This document shows positions 51,049-64,000 of a DNA stretch of 64,000 bases, piece after piece. This DNA is from Microthyrium microscopicum (taxonomy: Eukaryota). The position numbers were made by a program, and so were the translations under genes. The notes below the pieces were generated by a model. The model did no database searches, had not been told where the DNA came from, and was given only the letters and a program-made list of their open reading frames with translations. The DNA is taken from assembly GCA_010405405.1 (NCBI GenBank), contig MU004231.1, positions 670,153 through 734,152 of the forward strand, in the 5' to 3' direction. Each line of letters opens with the position of its first letter. Within the stretch, counting starts at the first letter, position 1.

Positions 51049-51653
51049 GAAGCTTAGGAGTAGTCAAAATCAAAGGAGTCTTTTTTCACTGTGCGTGGAT
51101 GCAAATCAAATGGAGGAAGATGGTGTCTTTTGAGCTCTTTGCGAGTTTGCTGGTATAACGGTGTCCATAGTATGCATGCTTAGAAGGCAGCACTACTGTA
51201 TCATTTAGTTCTTAGATAGGCGGGCTACCGTACCAATCAATTCAGTGCGATACATCCAGTATTGCTTATCTCCCCATCGAGTGCCATTGTGACCACGCAT
51301 AAGTTGTCTAGGGTCGACGTCCAGTATGTCTCGGACTATCAACCTCAAAGTCTAGTGGCATACAAGCTTCTAATGCCCAGCATATTTGGCGGGATCGTTG
51401 TGTGGAGACGAAGATACATCAACAATTCAGATCGTGAAGAGCCTTTATAGTAATCTTTCAATCATATACACTAGCAGAGCCATAACTTGCAGAACCCTCT
51501 TGCAAGTAAGAAAGCCCGAGCTTCGAATCTAACAATGCCAGCCATGCCTTCGGGGCGTAATGAACAAAAATTCGAACGTCACATACACACCCATTCTGTG
51601 TCTTCGCTGCAGAGACATGTGCCTAATCCATAGCGCTTACATGAGCGGTGCTT

Positions 51654-52479
51654 TCAAACGTTCATCATCATACCCATCGGTTCGCAGTAAGTCTTGTGCG
51701 CCTTCCAGTGCTTCTTCTGGCATGACTACGATTACACATTAGCACTTTTGGTTTTTTGCAAGGACCTGTCCACTTGCCTTGTCACAGTACCATACCCGCA
51801 TGCAGCCGCTACACTTGCGCAGCGGCTGACCAACACCATCTGCTGCGATCTTTCCACAATGGAAGCAACTGGTACCACAGTCAGCTTTAGTTCAGATAGA
51901 ATGGAATCAGTCTCACCTTGGGCTGCCGAAGCTACGAGGAGTGCCAGGGATGTATTGGTCTAGTGCCGCAAGAAATTGCGCTTTTCCTGGAGCGCGAAAC
52001 GGAGTGTCGCAGATTGGAAGAGCAAAGCCATCAATAGCGTCAATCTTGGAAGTAAGCTCGCGGAGATGGTCAAAGTCATCTTGCTTGAACGTGGCTCCAG
52101 CGGCCATCATCATGGCACCGAGTAGAATGACACGATAGCGTCCATCATCACGAGGACTACCAAAATAATCCGGATTCTTTTTCTCGACGGCGCGATACTT
52201 GGCCATAAGCTCGTCACCAATGCCGGAGTTGAGACGGGTGCGCACGTTCAGGAAGTGCTCCTCCAGACTCTGTTTGTCTTTGTCCGATTTGGCTTCATTC
52301 GGAGTGATCATGTTGGCCAAGTCACTGAGTCGAAGATCTTTCTCGTCGCTCTCAAAGTCGCAGTCGATTTCGCCGGCGACATCCAGATCGGCGTCACCTT
52401 CGAAGAGGCCTGTAAGCGCGTTAGTTTCAAGTCCAATGGAAACAAATAAAGTGGTCTTACGGTGTCCCCAGCGGCCCAT
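51654..52479 (-). CDS. Protein with a C-terminal zf-MYND domain, 4 exons
   Basis: MGRWGH|RLFEGDADLD N-terminus. After intron ~51869-51916 comes CFHCGK...LRKCSGCMRVWYCDK|SCQKKHWKAHKTYC, joined by a GC-AG intron 51726-51777. Confidence 0.85.
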
Positions 52480-53209
52480 TCTCACTGTTGATTTCGGTAG
52501 CTTTTTGATGGAGGAAAAGACTGATCTTATGGCTTGATGATTTTAAGAGTGATCGAAGAACCGGATGAAGAGACGAAATCAAAGATCTTCAGCTCTTCGG
52601 ATTGAACTTGTGATATCGGTGCCTAGAGAGACTTGGGAGCAGGAAGGTGCACCCCGCAGGGTTAGAAGTCGCGAAGCGTCGTACTTTCCCTTCATCGGCC
52701 GTTGCGCCTGCCATTCTGCGAAGCTTGATGGGAGCTTGAGGAAGGTACATATGTACGAATGTTTCCATTACCCATCCCTCCCCGCGGTAGCTAACCAAAC
52801 AGTACGAATGTCGACAGAAAATGAGTTTGCACATCATTTGTGACAATTTTTTGTGCAGATCATTTCGTGGGGTACGGATAAGGCTGACCATAAGGCTGAG
52901 GCTGATCGCCCGCTTGATCAAAGCGCTGACGGTACTTACCACCCCCGATGAAGATATTGAAGCAATTTAATTTCTTCGTAGGCACTTAACAATGGCTCGA
53001 TACAAATTGCCATAACTGTCCTACGGCCAATGTAAGTACCTGAAATGGGTTTAGCACGATTTCGCTATACTGGATCTTATCAATTACGACTAATTGAATC
53101 TGTTTAAGCTCTCCACGGACTTGTATCCACGAAGAATATAAGGTGGGGTTCACAGCCAACAGATCTAACAGAGGATGTACCTCATCACTTTATTCGCGTT
53201 TTTTCAGTC

Positions 53210-54932
53210 ATGATGGTTCCAAAGTTGAGCCTTTCCTGCTCCTTGTTTGCGCTGGCGGGTCTCGGCCATTGCTTCGTCCAAGAGCCAAGGGTTACTCTAG
53301 ACACTGGCATCTGGAAAGGAGTAGCTCAAAGCGTGAGTTCCAATACTGCATCTGTGCATAAATATCTAGGCATACCGTTTGCAACAGTGCCGCTGCGCTT
53401 CGGGCCGCCACAGCTCCCACTCGAGTCAAAAGTGGAGCGCAATGCAGACAAACATGCTCCAGCATGTATCCAGGGCTCCATGGGTTCAACAGGAGGACCT
53501 GAAGGTAGAGAGAGCGAGAGCGAAGACTGCTTATATCTCAATGTTTTTACTCCGGCACCATCCAATGCTTCAACTGAAGGGAAAGCTGTCATGGTTTGGA
53601 TATTCGGCGGTGGATTGCAGTTTGGAAGTGCTTCCACGCCTACATACGATGGTACTTCGTTCGCAGCAAACCAGGATGTTATTCTAGTCGCCCCGAACTA
53701 TAGGACTAATGGTTAGTAGTGGAGTTATGTCAAAGGCGTTTTCTGACTTCATATAGTCTTTGGCTTTCCCGGTCCAATTCCTGGAGTATCACCAAAAGAA
53801 AGAAACCTCGGATTCTTGGACCAACGCATGGCTCTGCAATGGGTGCAGAAGAACATTGCGAAATTTGGAGGCGATCCTAAACGTGTAACGATCTTCGGCG
53901 AAAGTGCTGGTGCAAGATCCGTAGACTTTCATCTCCTGACAAATACAAACAACACACCATTCCGCGCGGTTATCGTGCAGTCAGGCAGTACACACATCAC
54001 AGCTGGAAGAAAAGGAAGGATGCCGGCGTCCAACTCATCTTCACTTCCGATGTTCGTGTCACTTGCCAAAAAGCTTGGGTGCTCGGATGAGGCTACCATG
54101 CTCGAATGTACAAGGAAGTTGCCAGTGGCTGATATCAAAAAGGGTCTTGCCGGATTGTCGTTTGGTGCAAGCGAGGATGGGGATTTCACAACGGTCAAAG
54201 ATGCCGAAAAGTGGCGAAGGGACCATCGAGCTGCTAATGTTTCCTTGCTTATAGGGGTAAGTGTGCGATGTAGAGTACGATGATCGCCAATTGTGACTGA
54301 CGATGCTTCTAGACAAATGCAGAAGAAGCCAAGCTAGGCATTGCACCGCGTGGCATGACCTTGGACGCGTATTTGAATGCCAACTTTCCAGCCGCATTGA
54401 AGCAAGAGATTCTCGCGGCCTATAAGCCTGGACCAGATACCCCATATAAGACGGATTTCGACGCTATCGCAGGAATAGAAACGGATATTGGATTCACATG
54501 TGTGACCTCGAGGGAGTCTAAAGTCAGTGCAGAATCGGGATATCGTAAGTTGACTCGCCCATCATCTGTGGTGTAAGTAAGCTAACAGACACAGCAACTT
54601 GGCGATATCTGTTTAATGCTTCATATCCAAATACCGAAAAGTTCCCGGGCAGCGGCGCCTACCACTCAGCCGAAATCCAGTTCGTGTTCGGTAACCTGAA
54701 AGCTAAGCCACCATCACCTCCTGAAGAGATCTCTCTCATGAAAGTTATGCAGTCGACATGGGCGAAATTTGCAAAGAATCCGGCTGAAGGTCCGGGATGG
54801 GACATGGTTGGGTCCAAGAGCAACGAAGACCTTGGCCATTTCAACTACAATGGTAAGCTAATCTCGGAACCAGCCGTGTTCCTGGATCGTTGGTGTCGGC
54901 AGATTTGGGAGCCCAGGGGCTACGTAGAGTAA
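53210..54932 (+). CDS. Secreted carboxylesterase type B (COesterase family), 4 exons
   Basis: Signal peptide, [28 protein letters not shown]|, [16 protein letters not shown] (catalytic Ser), TNAEE and GAYHSAEI (His). Confidence 0.92.
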
Positions 54933-55555
54933 AATAGAAAGAGAAAGGACCTACCGCAGGATTTGAGTTTGAAATTGAATTTTGCAAGATTTTCTTTGGC
55001 TTAATGGTCTGTGACAAGCCTTCAAAAGCAAGGTACGGCGAAGTACTGTAGCACTCCTGCAGTGTGCAGTGTTATGCGCATGTCAAAATCCGGTATCATC
55101 GCTTTGATATGCGAAGGCGTTGATTTTTCTTACCGATTGTTGGAACATTGTGTGAGTATTGTAAGCAACATCAAATTGCTACCAGTGCCTGACCGAGAAT
55201 TCGAGATATTTGAAGATTTTGAGCTCCAAAGCCCAGACAAGGCGAATATGAGGAGAAGATTCCATAATAATCGCACTGTTATATTGACAAGGGGTGTTGG
55301 CGTTTAGACCACTTCGTAGAAGCCATAAAACCTTGGCATTAAGTAATATACAATATAACCTTGGGCGCCACCATTGTCGATCATTCGAGGAGAAACCAGA
55401 GAGTGTTTCTTTCAATTGGCTGTAGTTGAGTTTGCAAATGACGACGTTTAAGCACGATGCAACATTGCATATAATGACTATTTTTCATGGTCGAAGTTCG
55501 AACATCAAATACTTCTTGAGCATTTCTGTCATTGTTATATCATTGAAATGTAGAA

Positions 55556-56130
55556 TCACCCCTTATAGCAGTGACCCAGACAGGTGGGACCAGCAGATGA
55601 GCGGCAGGCTTTGAATCTGGGGCGGACAAGGGCTTTGAAAAGTACCTTGAGAAGATCGTTGCTCCTTTTAGCAGTGGGCAACCGAAATGTCGTTGTGCCT
55701 TTTGCTGCAAAGCTGACGACACCTCTCAAAAACTTCCACGGCCTGTGGATATCAAATCGCACTACAACACTAAAATCTTCATAGAATGAATATATCAACC
55801 ATAGCCTTCATCACCCGTCGTCAGTTTTCCTAGTTCTAGGGACAGATGGATCCCACGTTGCGCAGCTTCGGACTCTTTCTAGGTACCGTGCCACAACATG
55901 GGATAGGTTCATCCATCTCCTCGGCGGATACAGGGCATGGCGTTGGCCAGGCGGCTTTCACCTGTCCAGATTCCAGAAGCAGCGATGGCAAGCGTTTGTT
56001 TAAAGTAAGAACACGAGACACAGCAATTTGCGAGACTCGCCAAACCCTGTGCGGAGCAGCTCCGACAACGTATGAGTATATTATCAACCACACTACTATG
56101 GAAGGAGTCTCTTCCACATTCTCAGGTTAC
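55556..56130 (-). pseudogene. Possible decayed F-box-like gene remnant
   Basis: Minus-strand fragments ..WLIIYSYVV and KRLPSLLLESGQVKAA resemble the fungal 'LPxEIRxxIYxYxx...PxLLxxSxQIxxE' pattern, but frames are broken. Weak. Confidence 0.2.
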
Positions 56131-57730
56131 GCGGTAGTTATTTCTCTACTTGTAGCAGAAGTACACGCCGTCGAGTGACAAGAGTGCAAGAACCAGAACC
56201 TGATCAGGGAAAGCGAACATGGTTCAAGACCCATCCCCTGTGAGTCGTCATGGCACAACATAACTTCTGCATATTCGCGCCATCCAGTGAACTGGCAGAC
56301 TGTTGGACATTGAACACAGTGCAGGCACTGGATCAAAACCTTCCCAAAAGATGCGAGGAAAGGCTCCAAGCTTGAAGGTGCCGCCGGTTAATTTCTTGGA
56401 AAAAACAGGGCAAACAGACGTACTGGCTTGATGCTAGTTAATTATGCATTGAGTGCCAGAACAGCGCGTGCAACCACGAAACATGTCTTTGCCTCACGTA
56501 AAAGTTGCCAGTTTTCAACTGCTTGACTGCTTCCGATAAATGCGAAAAGACTATAACGTCAGCGTGTCCAGCGTTCGCGACTTCCGTAACCTTTCAAATC
56601 TCCATATCCATATCCATATCCATTTTCTTTTCTTTGCCCCCAAGCGTGTCAGACTCGTCGTCTTGAGCCCTTCAAAGGTCTCGTCATCCACCTATCCACT
56701 CTTACGAAAGCATTTGTCTTGATCTTCGAAAAGAACAAACGTCGATCTTCACTAGCACCAACCAACCAATATCTTTTTTTGAATTGACGCACGCCTGCGC
56801 CGGCCACTGTTTATGGCCCCGTTGCGCGGTTGTTTATTTGACTGGGCGCTCTTGTCAAGTGTGAAATAGGCTGTGTCGTCTCAGCCTCGTTGACCAAAGA
56901 AAAACTGGCAGAACAGCCAGGTTTCAGCGTGCCTCAATTGCACTTTGTAACAATTTTCAACACCCTTCAAAAGCCGAACAACCCCCGTCTCCAGCTTTCA
57001 GTAGTAGCTGGAATAATTACTGACCAGGTTTTGCACTGGTTGATCACTTCATTCATAACTTTTCCAAGAATCTGACAAGGTTGCCAAGCTCCAGATCGAG
57101 ACCGCTACGCCTCCCAACACCTCAAGGCTCAAGCAACGCCTTTTCTCACCGGGCGTCTGACCAAACGTGGAGAGCTACGGATCGAGTCGATCGACAGCCC
57201 ACCAATTCCACGCCGTTGCGTGCTCATTCTGAATTCAGTCATTCTCGAACCAAAAATACCCGACTGCATAAAGTGCACTGCCTTGGAAAATTCCCTTCAG
57301 GAGTCAGGACAAGTCAAGAATACAACAAGAGCTAATCTGCTTTGGCCAATATTACTAGACCAGTTCCACACAGGTTGCGTTGGCACGTTAGGCTGCTCAG
57401 TCACACAAGTTACAACCTTCAATTCACTGCCATCGTTACCTTTCTTTCTTCTTCCTTCTACCTCCTACCTAAAAACTCCTACGTTGGCACGAATGCAAAG
57501 ATCACACTCATTTGATCGCATTTTCTGAGTCCACACTCGATCGAGTAGGCTGAGAAAACTGTTACGAGACAGGCTGCGCCACTACTACGACCTCGCTGCT
57601 GTTATTTGCTCACGACAGCCACTAGATCGTTAGCATTTCCGCCCCCAGAGCCGCACCACGCCGCACGCCTCCTGTCCGTTGGTTCGGAGCCCCTACCCAA
57701 GGTTGTTGGCACTACTAAGAAAGACTAAAG

Positions 57731-60700
57731 ATGGCTTCTGACAGGCGAAAATCCCTGAATCGTCTCTCGGCGCTGTTTTTGCCTCGTACAAAGACCTTTG
57801 ATGGCCCAGTTGGTTTATCCAAAGACTCCCCTAGTCCAACTGCACGAAAAGTTCGAAAACTGTCGGCACCATTGCTTACAGCTATGTCCTTCTCGTCAAA
57901 TTGGCCTCTTCCGGAATCCGCAGAGCACGCTGCAGAGACTCAGGTACCGGCCGCTAGTGCATTGGTTAGCCAAACGTCAACGTCGCCCCCGTCCCATAGA
58001 GCTGGACATCTCTCTACCCCAGAAAATGCGCTGATAACATCCCCTCTGGAAAATGGTCCCAAGAGATCCAGTACATTCCCTCTGGCGGCACCGGAAGTTG
58101 TTACTGGACAAGACCAACTTGAGGCACCGATTTCGCCTCCGTTTGCAAATGCGCAACGTCCACGGTCGGCTTCTTCATCAAGTTTTGTAGGAGGTGGTGG
58201 ACCTTTGCAGGGAGGAGGAGGGCTTCAACAAGGACTTGGATTCCCAAATGGGCGCGGCCCTGTTCTTCCCAACGTCATTTCGACGGGGGTGCACTCGCAT
58301 TCAACTGCAGACCTGCTTCAACCCCAGCAAAATCAACACCATCGTCTACTAAAGCAGCAAAAAAGTGAAAATGCCCTCCGTCACAAGGCCAGTGCTGCTA
58401 CTTCAGCGAACCGTGCTGTCAGTGCAAACGCTGCTATATTCCAACCATCGCGCGCTGCTCTCATCCCTCCGCTTCCTACAGATATCCCTCTCCCCGTCCA
58501 AAACACTTTGCAAAAACCTCCTCTCCAGAAAAAGAAGAAGAGCTGGTTGCCCGGGAAATCCACTTCGAAAATGAAGCATAAAAAAGAGCCGTTACCCGCC
58601 GCCTGGATAGCTGCTTTGGATGAAAAGGTTCCATACAACTTGGCACCCTTGGCGACAGGTTCGAGAGTACGTATCTCATTTTGATCGCGGCAACCGAACT
58701 AACATATTTACAGATTCCAGAACTCTGGCAAGAGACAGGAAATGTCCTCGTACACCTATTTCCCAAATCTGCGAACAAAGAACCTGCAATTCGAATCAAT
58801 GCCGACCTTATATCATCCAGTTCTGTCCTCACATCCATAGCTCACGGGAACCTCTATAGCTCAGCGAGTGCCCGGCAGTCACGGTCGAGTTTAGGCCAAG
58901 GACCAGTCTCGTTTGACCCGCAAAGTCAACGAATTCAAGCAAACACACCGGGGAGCACTTCCATAAGCAACTCGCCGAATGCTTCACACACGGATGGATC
59001 CGATAATTCGAGAGAGGCAAGAGGCTTAGTTGATGTTGATGAGTCTCAGATGGTCCATCTTTATCTTCCGGTAGAGCTGGACAATCCTAATGCCCATCAA
59101 CTATCTCAGGAAGATGTACAGAAACTCCTTCTGGTTCGAAACCTTTTTGCCTTCCTCGTTGGCACATCATTAATATGCACCCCGAAATACCCAAGCACCT
59201 TCAATGTTTTCTGCCAGATCTCAAATCTACTCTTTCAATATGGGTTCTCCAACATGGACTCTTCTACTTTTGGAGAAGCTGCGAATAGCAGTTTTGAGCA
59301 ATACATTCAAGAATTGGGAATTGTGGATGTTCGACATAGCACAGAGCACAATATTCAAGCGCTTGTTCTTGGCGAAAGAATGCGGTCTTCAGTTCTCTGG
59401 AACGAAGCCTTTGTGCACGCAGTTGGAAGATATAACGACATCTATGCGTCACACTCTGAAATATTCAAAGCTCTATCACCCACCGGAGTCTCAAGGATTG
59501 AGAGAGCGCATATGGATCTCGAAAAGCGCATCATTCGAATTGGCCACCAGATAACCGATTTCGACTTTCCGAGTGTTTTTGCAGGCATTATGAACAGCCG
59601 AATGGCAGAAGAGCGAGAACTTGTTCGCTTCGAGCAATGGAGAACAGCATTCAACCACACACGGAAGTTCATGATAACCTACCTGAAGAGCAAGCACAAG
59701 TCTTGGCCACCTAAGAAGCGGAAGCATGCTGGCTTGAGCGTTCCAGCTCTGAGCCGCACGGTTTTGCAAGGCTTGTACAATGACATTGCAGTTATCTATG
59801 ATCTTTTAGTCGACCGCAAGCATCCGTCATCTCGTCTAAAGATTATGGGAAGAAACGCGCACCCTCACATGGATCGAAGGATCGAAGCCTTGCGCAAGGT
59901 TCTCAAAGAGTATGACGCCTCGGGAAGCCCAGTGTACCCAGTCATGCCATTCGATGCTCCACGTCTGCCACGCATATCACCAAATGATGATGATGCTTCC
60001 AACCCAAAGAAAGTTGGAAAGAACGAACTTAGTGTATTGCTGAAAGCCAGCTACAACAAGGATACTCATGACGCAAGACATCCCTTTTCGCAGCTGTGGC
60101 AGAGCTTCGAGTTCAGGTCTACGACTGGTATGACAATCGACAAAGTCGCCAACTTCCGACTTGGCGCGTGGCTCTTTTTCTATTGCGTTCTTCAGGCTTT
60201 GCCCATGCTCACAGTAGATGCACCAGTTGCAAAATACACTGAAGGTGTCGACTATTTCCTTTGCCAACCACCCCGTGGCCGCTTACAATGGTCCAAAGAA
60301 GGCACAGCTTGGGAGTGGTTCCGCGATCCAGTCACTGGAGTCGTGACCCAACTTTCAAAAGACGCCATAGATATGAGCGACGAGGCCTTATATTGTCTCA
60401 GCCACTGTTGGCAGATGAGCGCTATCTGGGAACAAGATTTGATATTGTACCCTGGCAGACCTTCTACGGTCACGTCCGAAGCCTCACGCACTCCACCAAT
60501 GTACGCTCAAGGACATCCTTCGTTGCCAACACCGCCGGCAAGCGAATATTCGTCTGAGCCCAGATACAGCGCCACAAGTTCTCAAGGCCACTTCTCCTTG
60601 TATGGCCAGCAGCATCAAGCTCCAGGCCAGATGGAGCCGGTTCAAGAGTCTTATCCCCGGGAATACCCTGGCTCGCCACAATCATACACTCAATTTGAAA

Positions 60701-61089
60701 GCTCCCCACAACTAACCGCGCATGATCAATCTCCCCGAACCTACGCACAAAATTACCACCAAAGCTCGCCCGATCTCCTCGGTCTCGAGGCACCCTCACC
60801 TTTTGCACAGGACGAGCATCGAGAAATGGGTCAGCCACGATCCCGCAACGGCTCACCCTATGGCCTGAATCGCCGTGGAAATCGCGAGAGCATTCTCATG
60901 ATGGGTCTAGAGCGCCTCCCTGTTCCACAGCCTTCCTCGCCCATGAGTCGAGAGCAAAGAAGCGCACGAACAGCTAGCATGACGTTTGAAGAGATTCTTG
61001 CGCCTCCGCCTGGTGTCCAAGAGCTGGACCAGAAACGGGCGCGTAGTCGATCCCGACAGACAAGTCGAGCTAGTGCGCTATTCATCTAA
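57731..61089 (+). CDS. Conserved filamentous-fungal protein of unknown function (~1100 aa), 2 exons
   Basis: Two long ORFs joined by intron ~58667-58713. Disordered termini around a globular core (ELWQETGNVLVHLFP, RNLFAFL, LWNEAFVHAVG, LSHCW). Confidence 0.82.
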
Positions 61090-61832
61090 TCCTCTGATAC
61101 GACACCGAAACTGCAAACACCTGGAAGAGAAGTGCGGAAGGACGTAATGGAAGGAATGAGAAGTCAGGGCCTCTCCTATCACAACCTACATCTTTATCCC
61201 ATGGCGACACAAGGAAATTTCCTAGCACTCGGTTTCCATACAAGATACCCTCAGCATCATCGACCTCCAATACCTACTCTTACAGTTCCTCATTTTTATC
61301 AATAATCCTCTGTCCACCCGGAAGGAAACCTGGTGATTACGTCTCACCCTAATGAAAGTTCCTACCAATGACTCTGTCCTTTGTTCTATATTTTCCCACA
61401 AAAGAGGCATTGGCGAAAAAGTGCATATCATCTGTACAGTTGGAAATCAAATTGGGCGTTTTCTCTATTTTTTTCCTGTATCATCATCATATGCCATTTG
61501 CCTTTTTGTTCTTTTAGCAATTAATAGCGAGCATTTGACGTCTCTGCATATAGTCTCATAGACTTGAAATTCGAATTTTATATCCTTTCGCTGTCTATAT
61601 AATCATGCGCCGCTTTATGGTGAATCTTGTGAAATCTAGCCTCGGATGCCGCTGACCCGCTTGCGCGCTGCTCCGTTTGCGTTGCGGGGAGTACCGAGTA
61701 TCAAGTATTATCAGCATCACTGTATTCGAACATTGTAAATACTTCTTATTCTCTTGGTATCGTTTTGATTCATAGACCGAATAGATTCAATTGACGACTT
61801 GCTCTCAATATAAAAGTGTAGCACCAGCAACG

Positions 61833-63196
61833 ATGCCATACGCTCTCAAAGGCCGAACTGTGCTTGTAACAGGTGGCTCACGGTCGGTCTCTTCCAACAA
61901 ATCCCTACTGAGATTATGAACAATTCATTGAGACATGGGTACTGACATATTCAAAGCGGCCTAGGTGCAGTCATTTGCGAGAAGTTCGCCGCTGAAGGAT
62001 GTAATATCGCCATCAACTACGCCAACGCGGAAGAGCCTGCGCAAAAGCTCTCCGAGAAACTGAAGAAGGAATACGGCATCAAGACTCTTGTGCTAAAAGC
62101 TGTAACTTTACCCTCTATCGATTCTTGTTCAGTGCGAGAGACTGAAATAGACAGGATTGTGGAGTGATTGCCGAGATTCAACAGTTGGTTAAAGACACGA
62201 TTAAGGAGTTTGGCGGATTAGATGTGGTTATTGGAAATGCAGTAAGTGTTTGTTATCATTCATATTTTGTTCAAGTTTCAATTATGATATTGTCATCTCG
62301 TTTAGACGCTGTCAGAAAATGCTATCATAGTTCGCTTCATGTTTTTAGTATACAGGTTTTCTTGTTACATTTCAGGTCTCCTTCCTTTTTCTCTGCGAAT
62401 GCTCTTCGCGTTTTGACGATCTGGTCTGAAGGAAGAACGGCAACATGCTAACGGGAGAGCAAGGGCTGGACAAAGTTTTCGACATTCGGTGACCTCGATG
62501 CGCTCACGGAAAAAGACTGGGATAAAGTTGGTATTCATCCATTACATGTCGAGATTGTTTGCTGATGGTGCACTAGTGTTGGGCAGTGAATGTCAAGGGC
62601 CAGATGGCTCTGCTTCGTGCTGCGATGCCAACTTTCAATGCTAACGAACAAGGTGTGTCATTCCGACTGGAAGTAAGGATGGTTGATGCTCTCCAACATC
62701 GGTCTTGATCAGAGTCTAACAACCCTCTGTAAACAGGTGGAGCTTTCATCATAACGTCCTCCATTGCGGGAACATCGACGGCAGGGTCCAGTATGCCATA
62801 TAGCGTTACGAAAGCAGCGCAATTGCATTTGATGCGTTGCCTTGCAAGCACCCAGGGTCCTAAGGCCAGAATAAATGCAGTACTGCCAGGTCTGCTGCTG
62901 ACAGATTGGGTAAGCATTTTCGTGCAAGTCCAGATTACTCCGTAGTAGCTGATCTTCGTTTCTCCTGACAGGGTCTACTCTATTCGAAAGAAAAGATAGC
63001 TCAGATTACAGAAGCGGCTGCTTTAAAGACCGTCACCGATCTTGGCGATTGCGCAGACATGTACGTAACCATCGCCAAGAACTCCTCGATGACTGGGCAG
63101 CGGGTTGCGATTGGTAAGTTTTGAATTCTTCTTCGACTCTGTGACTCGGAGCTGACAACCAGTGAAGACGCCGGAGTGAATATTACCGCCTTTTAG
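61833..63196 (+). CDS. Short-chain dehydrogenase/reductase, 8 exons
   Basis: TGGSR|GLG cofactor motif, GNA|G, TSSIAG, YSVTK catalytic motif and INAVLPG. Seven GT-AG introns keep the frame, including a long one at 62242-62463. Confidence 0.9.
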
Positions 63197-63504
63197 TGCA
63201 GATAAACTCAATCTTGTATCAAGCGGTTCTCAGTAACTGCCTGTGGTTAGACGTAGTCCAGGAACTGATACAGTCGGTGGAGGGGGCCATAGCCGTTGGA
63301 CAATAGCTGGATTGTACGCATTTATCGGCGACTTGTATGCAGACCTCTTGGGTTCTGGGTGTTTTGCCTGAGGCGTTGGTGTAGACGGCGCGAGTGCAGT
63401 CTGTGGTGTAGGATCTTCGTGGTATCTAAAAATAAAACGACGGATCTTAGCCCCCGATCTTTTCAAAAATATCTTGGGTAAAGGGGTAAACAAAAAGATG
63501 TGCG

Positions 63505-64000
63505 CTATGCATGGTGGTCGGCATACTCTTCAGTTTCGTCGAGCGCGCGGATACACTCTTCCGCCTCTTGGGGCGATGTGATTCCCCAAACACCACCACC
63601 TTTGACTTGCCCTTTCATGCCCACCTCTTTGCCAACTAGATTGCGACCAACCTTGCCTGGACCGATACCAATCCATCGTTGTACTTGCTCTTCTTGGTCA
63701 AGATAGCGGACAGACTCCCACCAGCGAACAGTCTCTGTACATTGGCGAGCAAGTAAGTCTTTAAGATCGGCACGTGATTTGAATGGTCGTGCTGTGACGT
63801 TGGAGATGCATGGTAATCGAGCTGGAAAGTTGACAATATCTTCGTTCGTGATTGAAGAGGGTGTCATTAGTATTCTTTTCATAAAATCTTGAGCTGGTCG
63901 CATCATCAGACTGTGAAATGGGCTTTCTGATGACAAGCGAACAGCGCGTGGATCATGGCCTCCAAATTGTCGCAGATTGGTGAGTAGAGTATTAATTTTC
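63505..64000 (-). CDS. Malonyl-CoA:ACP transacylase (FabD/MCT1-like), 3' part; the gene continues beyond the window
   Basis: SPFHSLMM, ISNVTA, LARQCTETVRWWESVRYL and GIGPGKV are acyltransferase C-terminal motifs. Confidence 0.85.
   Translation of the reverse strand, partial: KINTLLTNLRQFGGHDPRAVRLSSESPFHSLMMRPAQDFMKRILMTPSSITNEDIVNFPARLPCISNVTARPFKSRADLKDLLARQCTETVRWWESVRYLDQEEQVQRWIGIGPGKVGRNLVGKEVGMKGQVKGGGVWGITSPQEAEECIRALDETEEYADHHA

Overview
Gene-dense, intron-containing eukaryotic DNA from a filamentous ascomycete (Pezizomycotina). This is inferred from the gene content and the short, mostly 45-60 nt GT-AG introns with CTAAC/CTGAC branch sites. About 23 protein genes are recognisable, mostly housekeeping: a UstYa/DUF3328 oxidase, USP-domain protein, heme-thiolate peroxidase, SKI2, CSM3/Swi3, THOC1/Hpr1, a Pah1-type homeobox factor, patatin lipase, bestrophin/UPF0187, ATP14, an M28 carboxypeptidase, a sugar/inositol MFS transporter, MRPL9, URA5, MAP2, three MYND-finger genes (one a pseudogene), a carboxylesterase, an SDR and a partial malonyl-CoA:ACP transacylase. 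The standout is at 47757-47957. It is a tRNA-Leu(AAG) gene that only gives a contiguous, fully paired cloverleaf after removal of three introns. One is a normal 19-nt tRNA intron at position 37/38. The other two look spliceosomal (GTAAG...ACTAAC...YAG; 52 and 46 nt) and sit in the anticodon stem (30/31) and the acceptor stem (69/70). I know of no described tRNA gene with spliceosomal introns, but splicing is inferred from sequence only. No transposon or CRISPR-like array was found. All gene models were read by eye and no database search was run.
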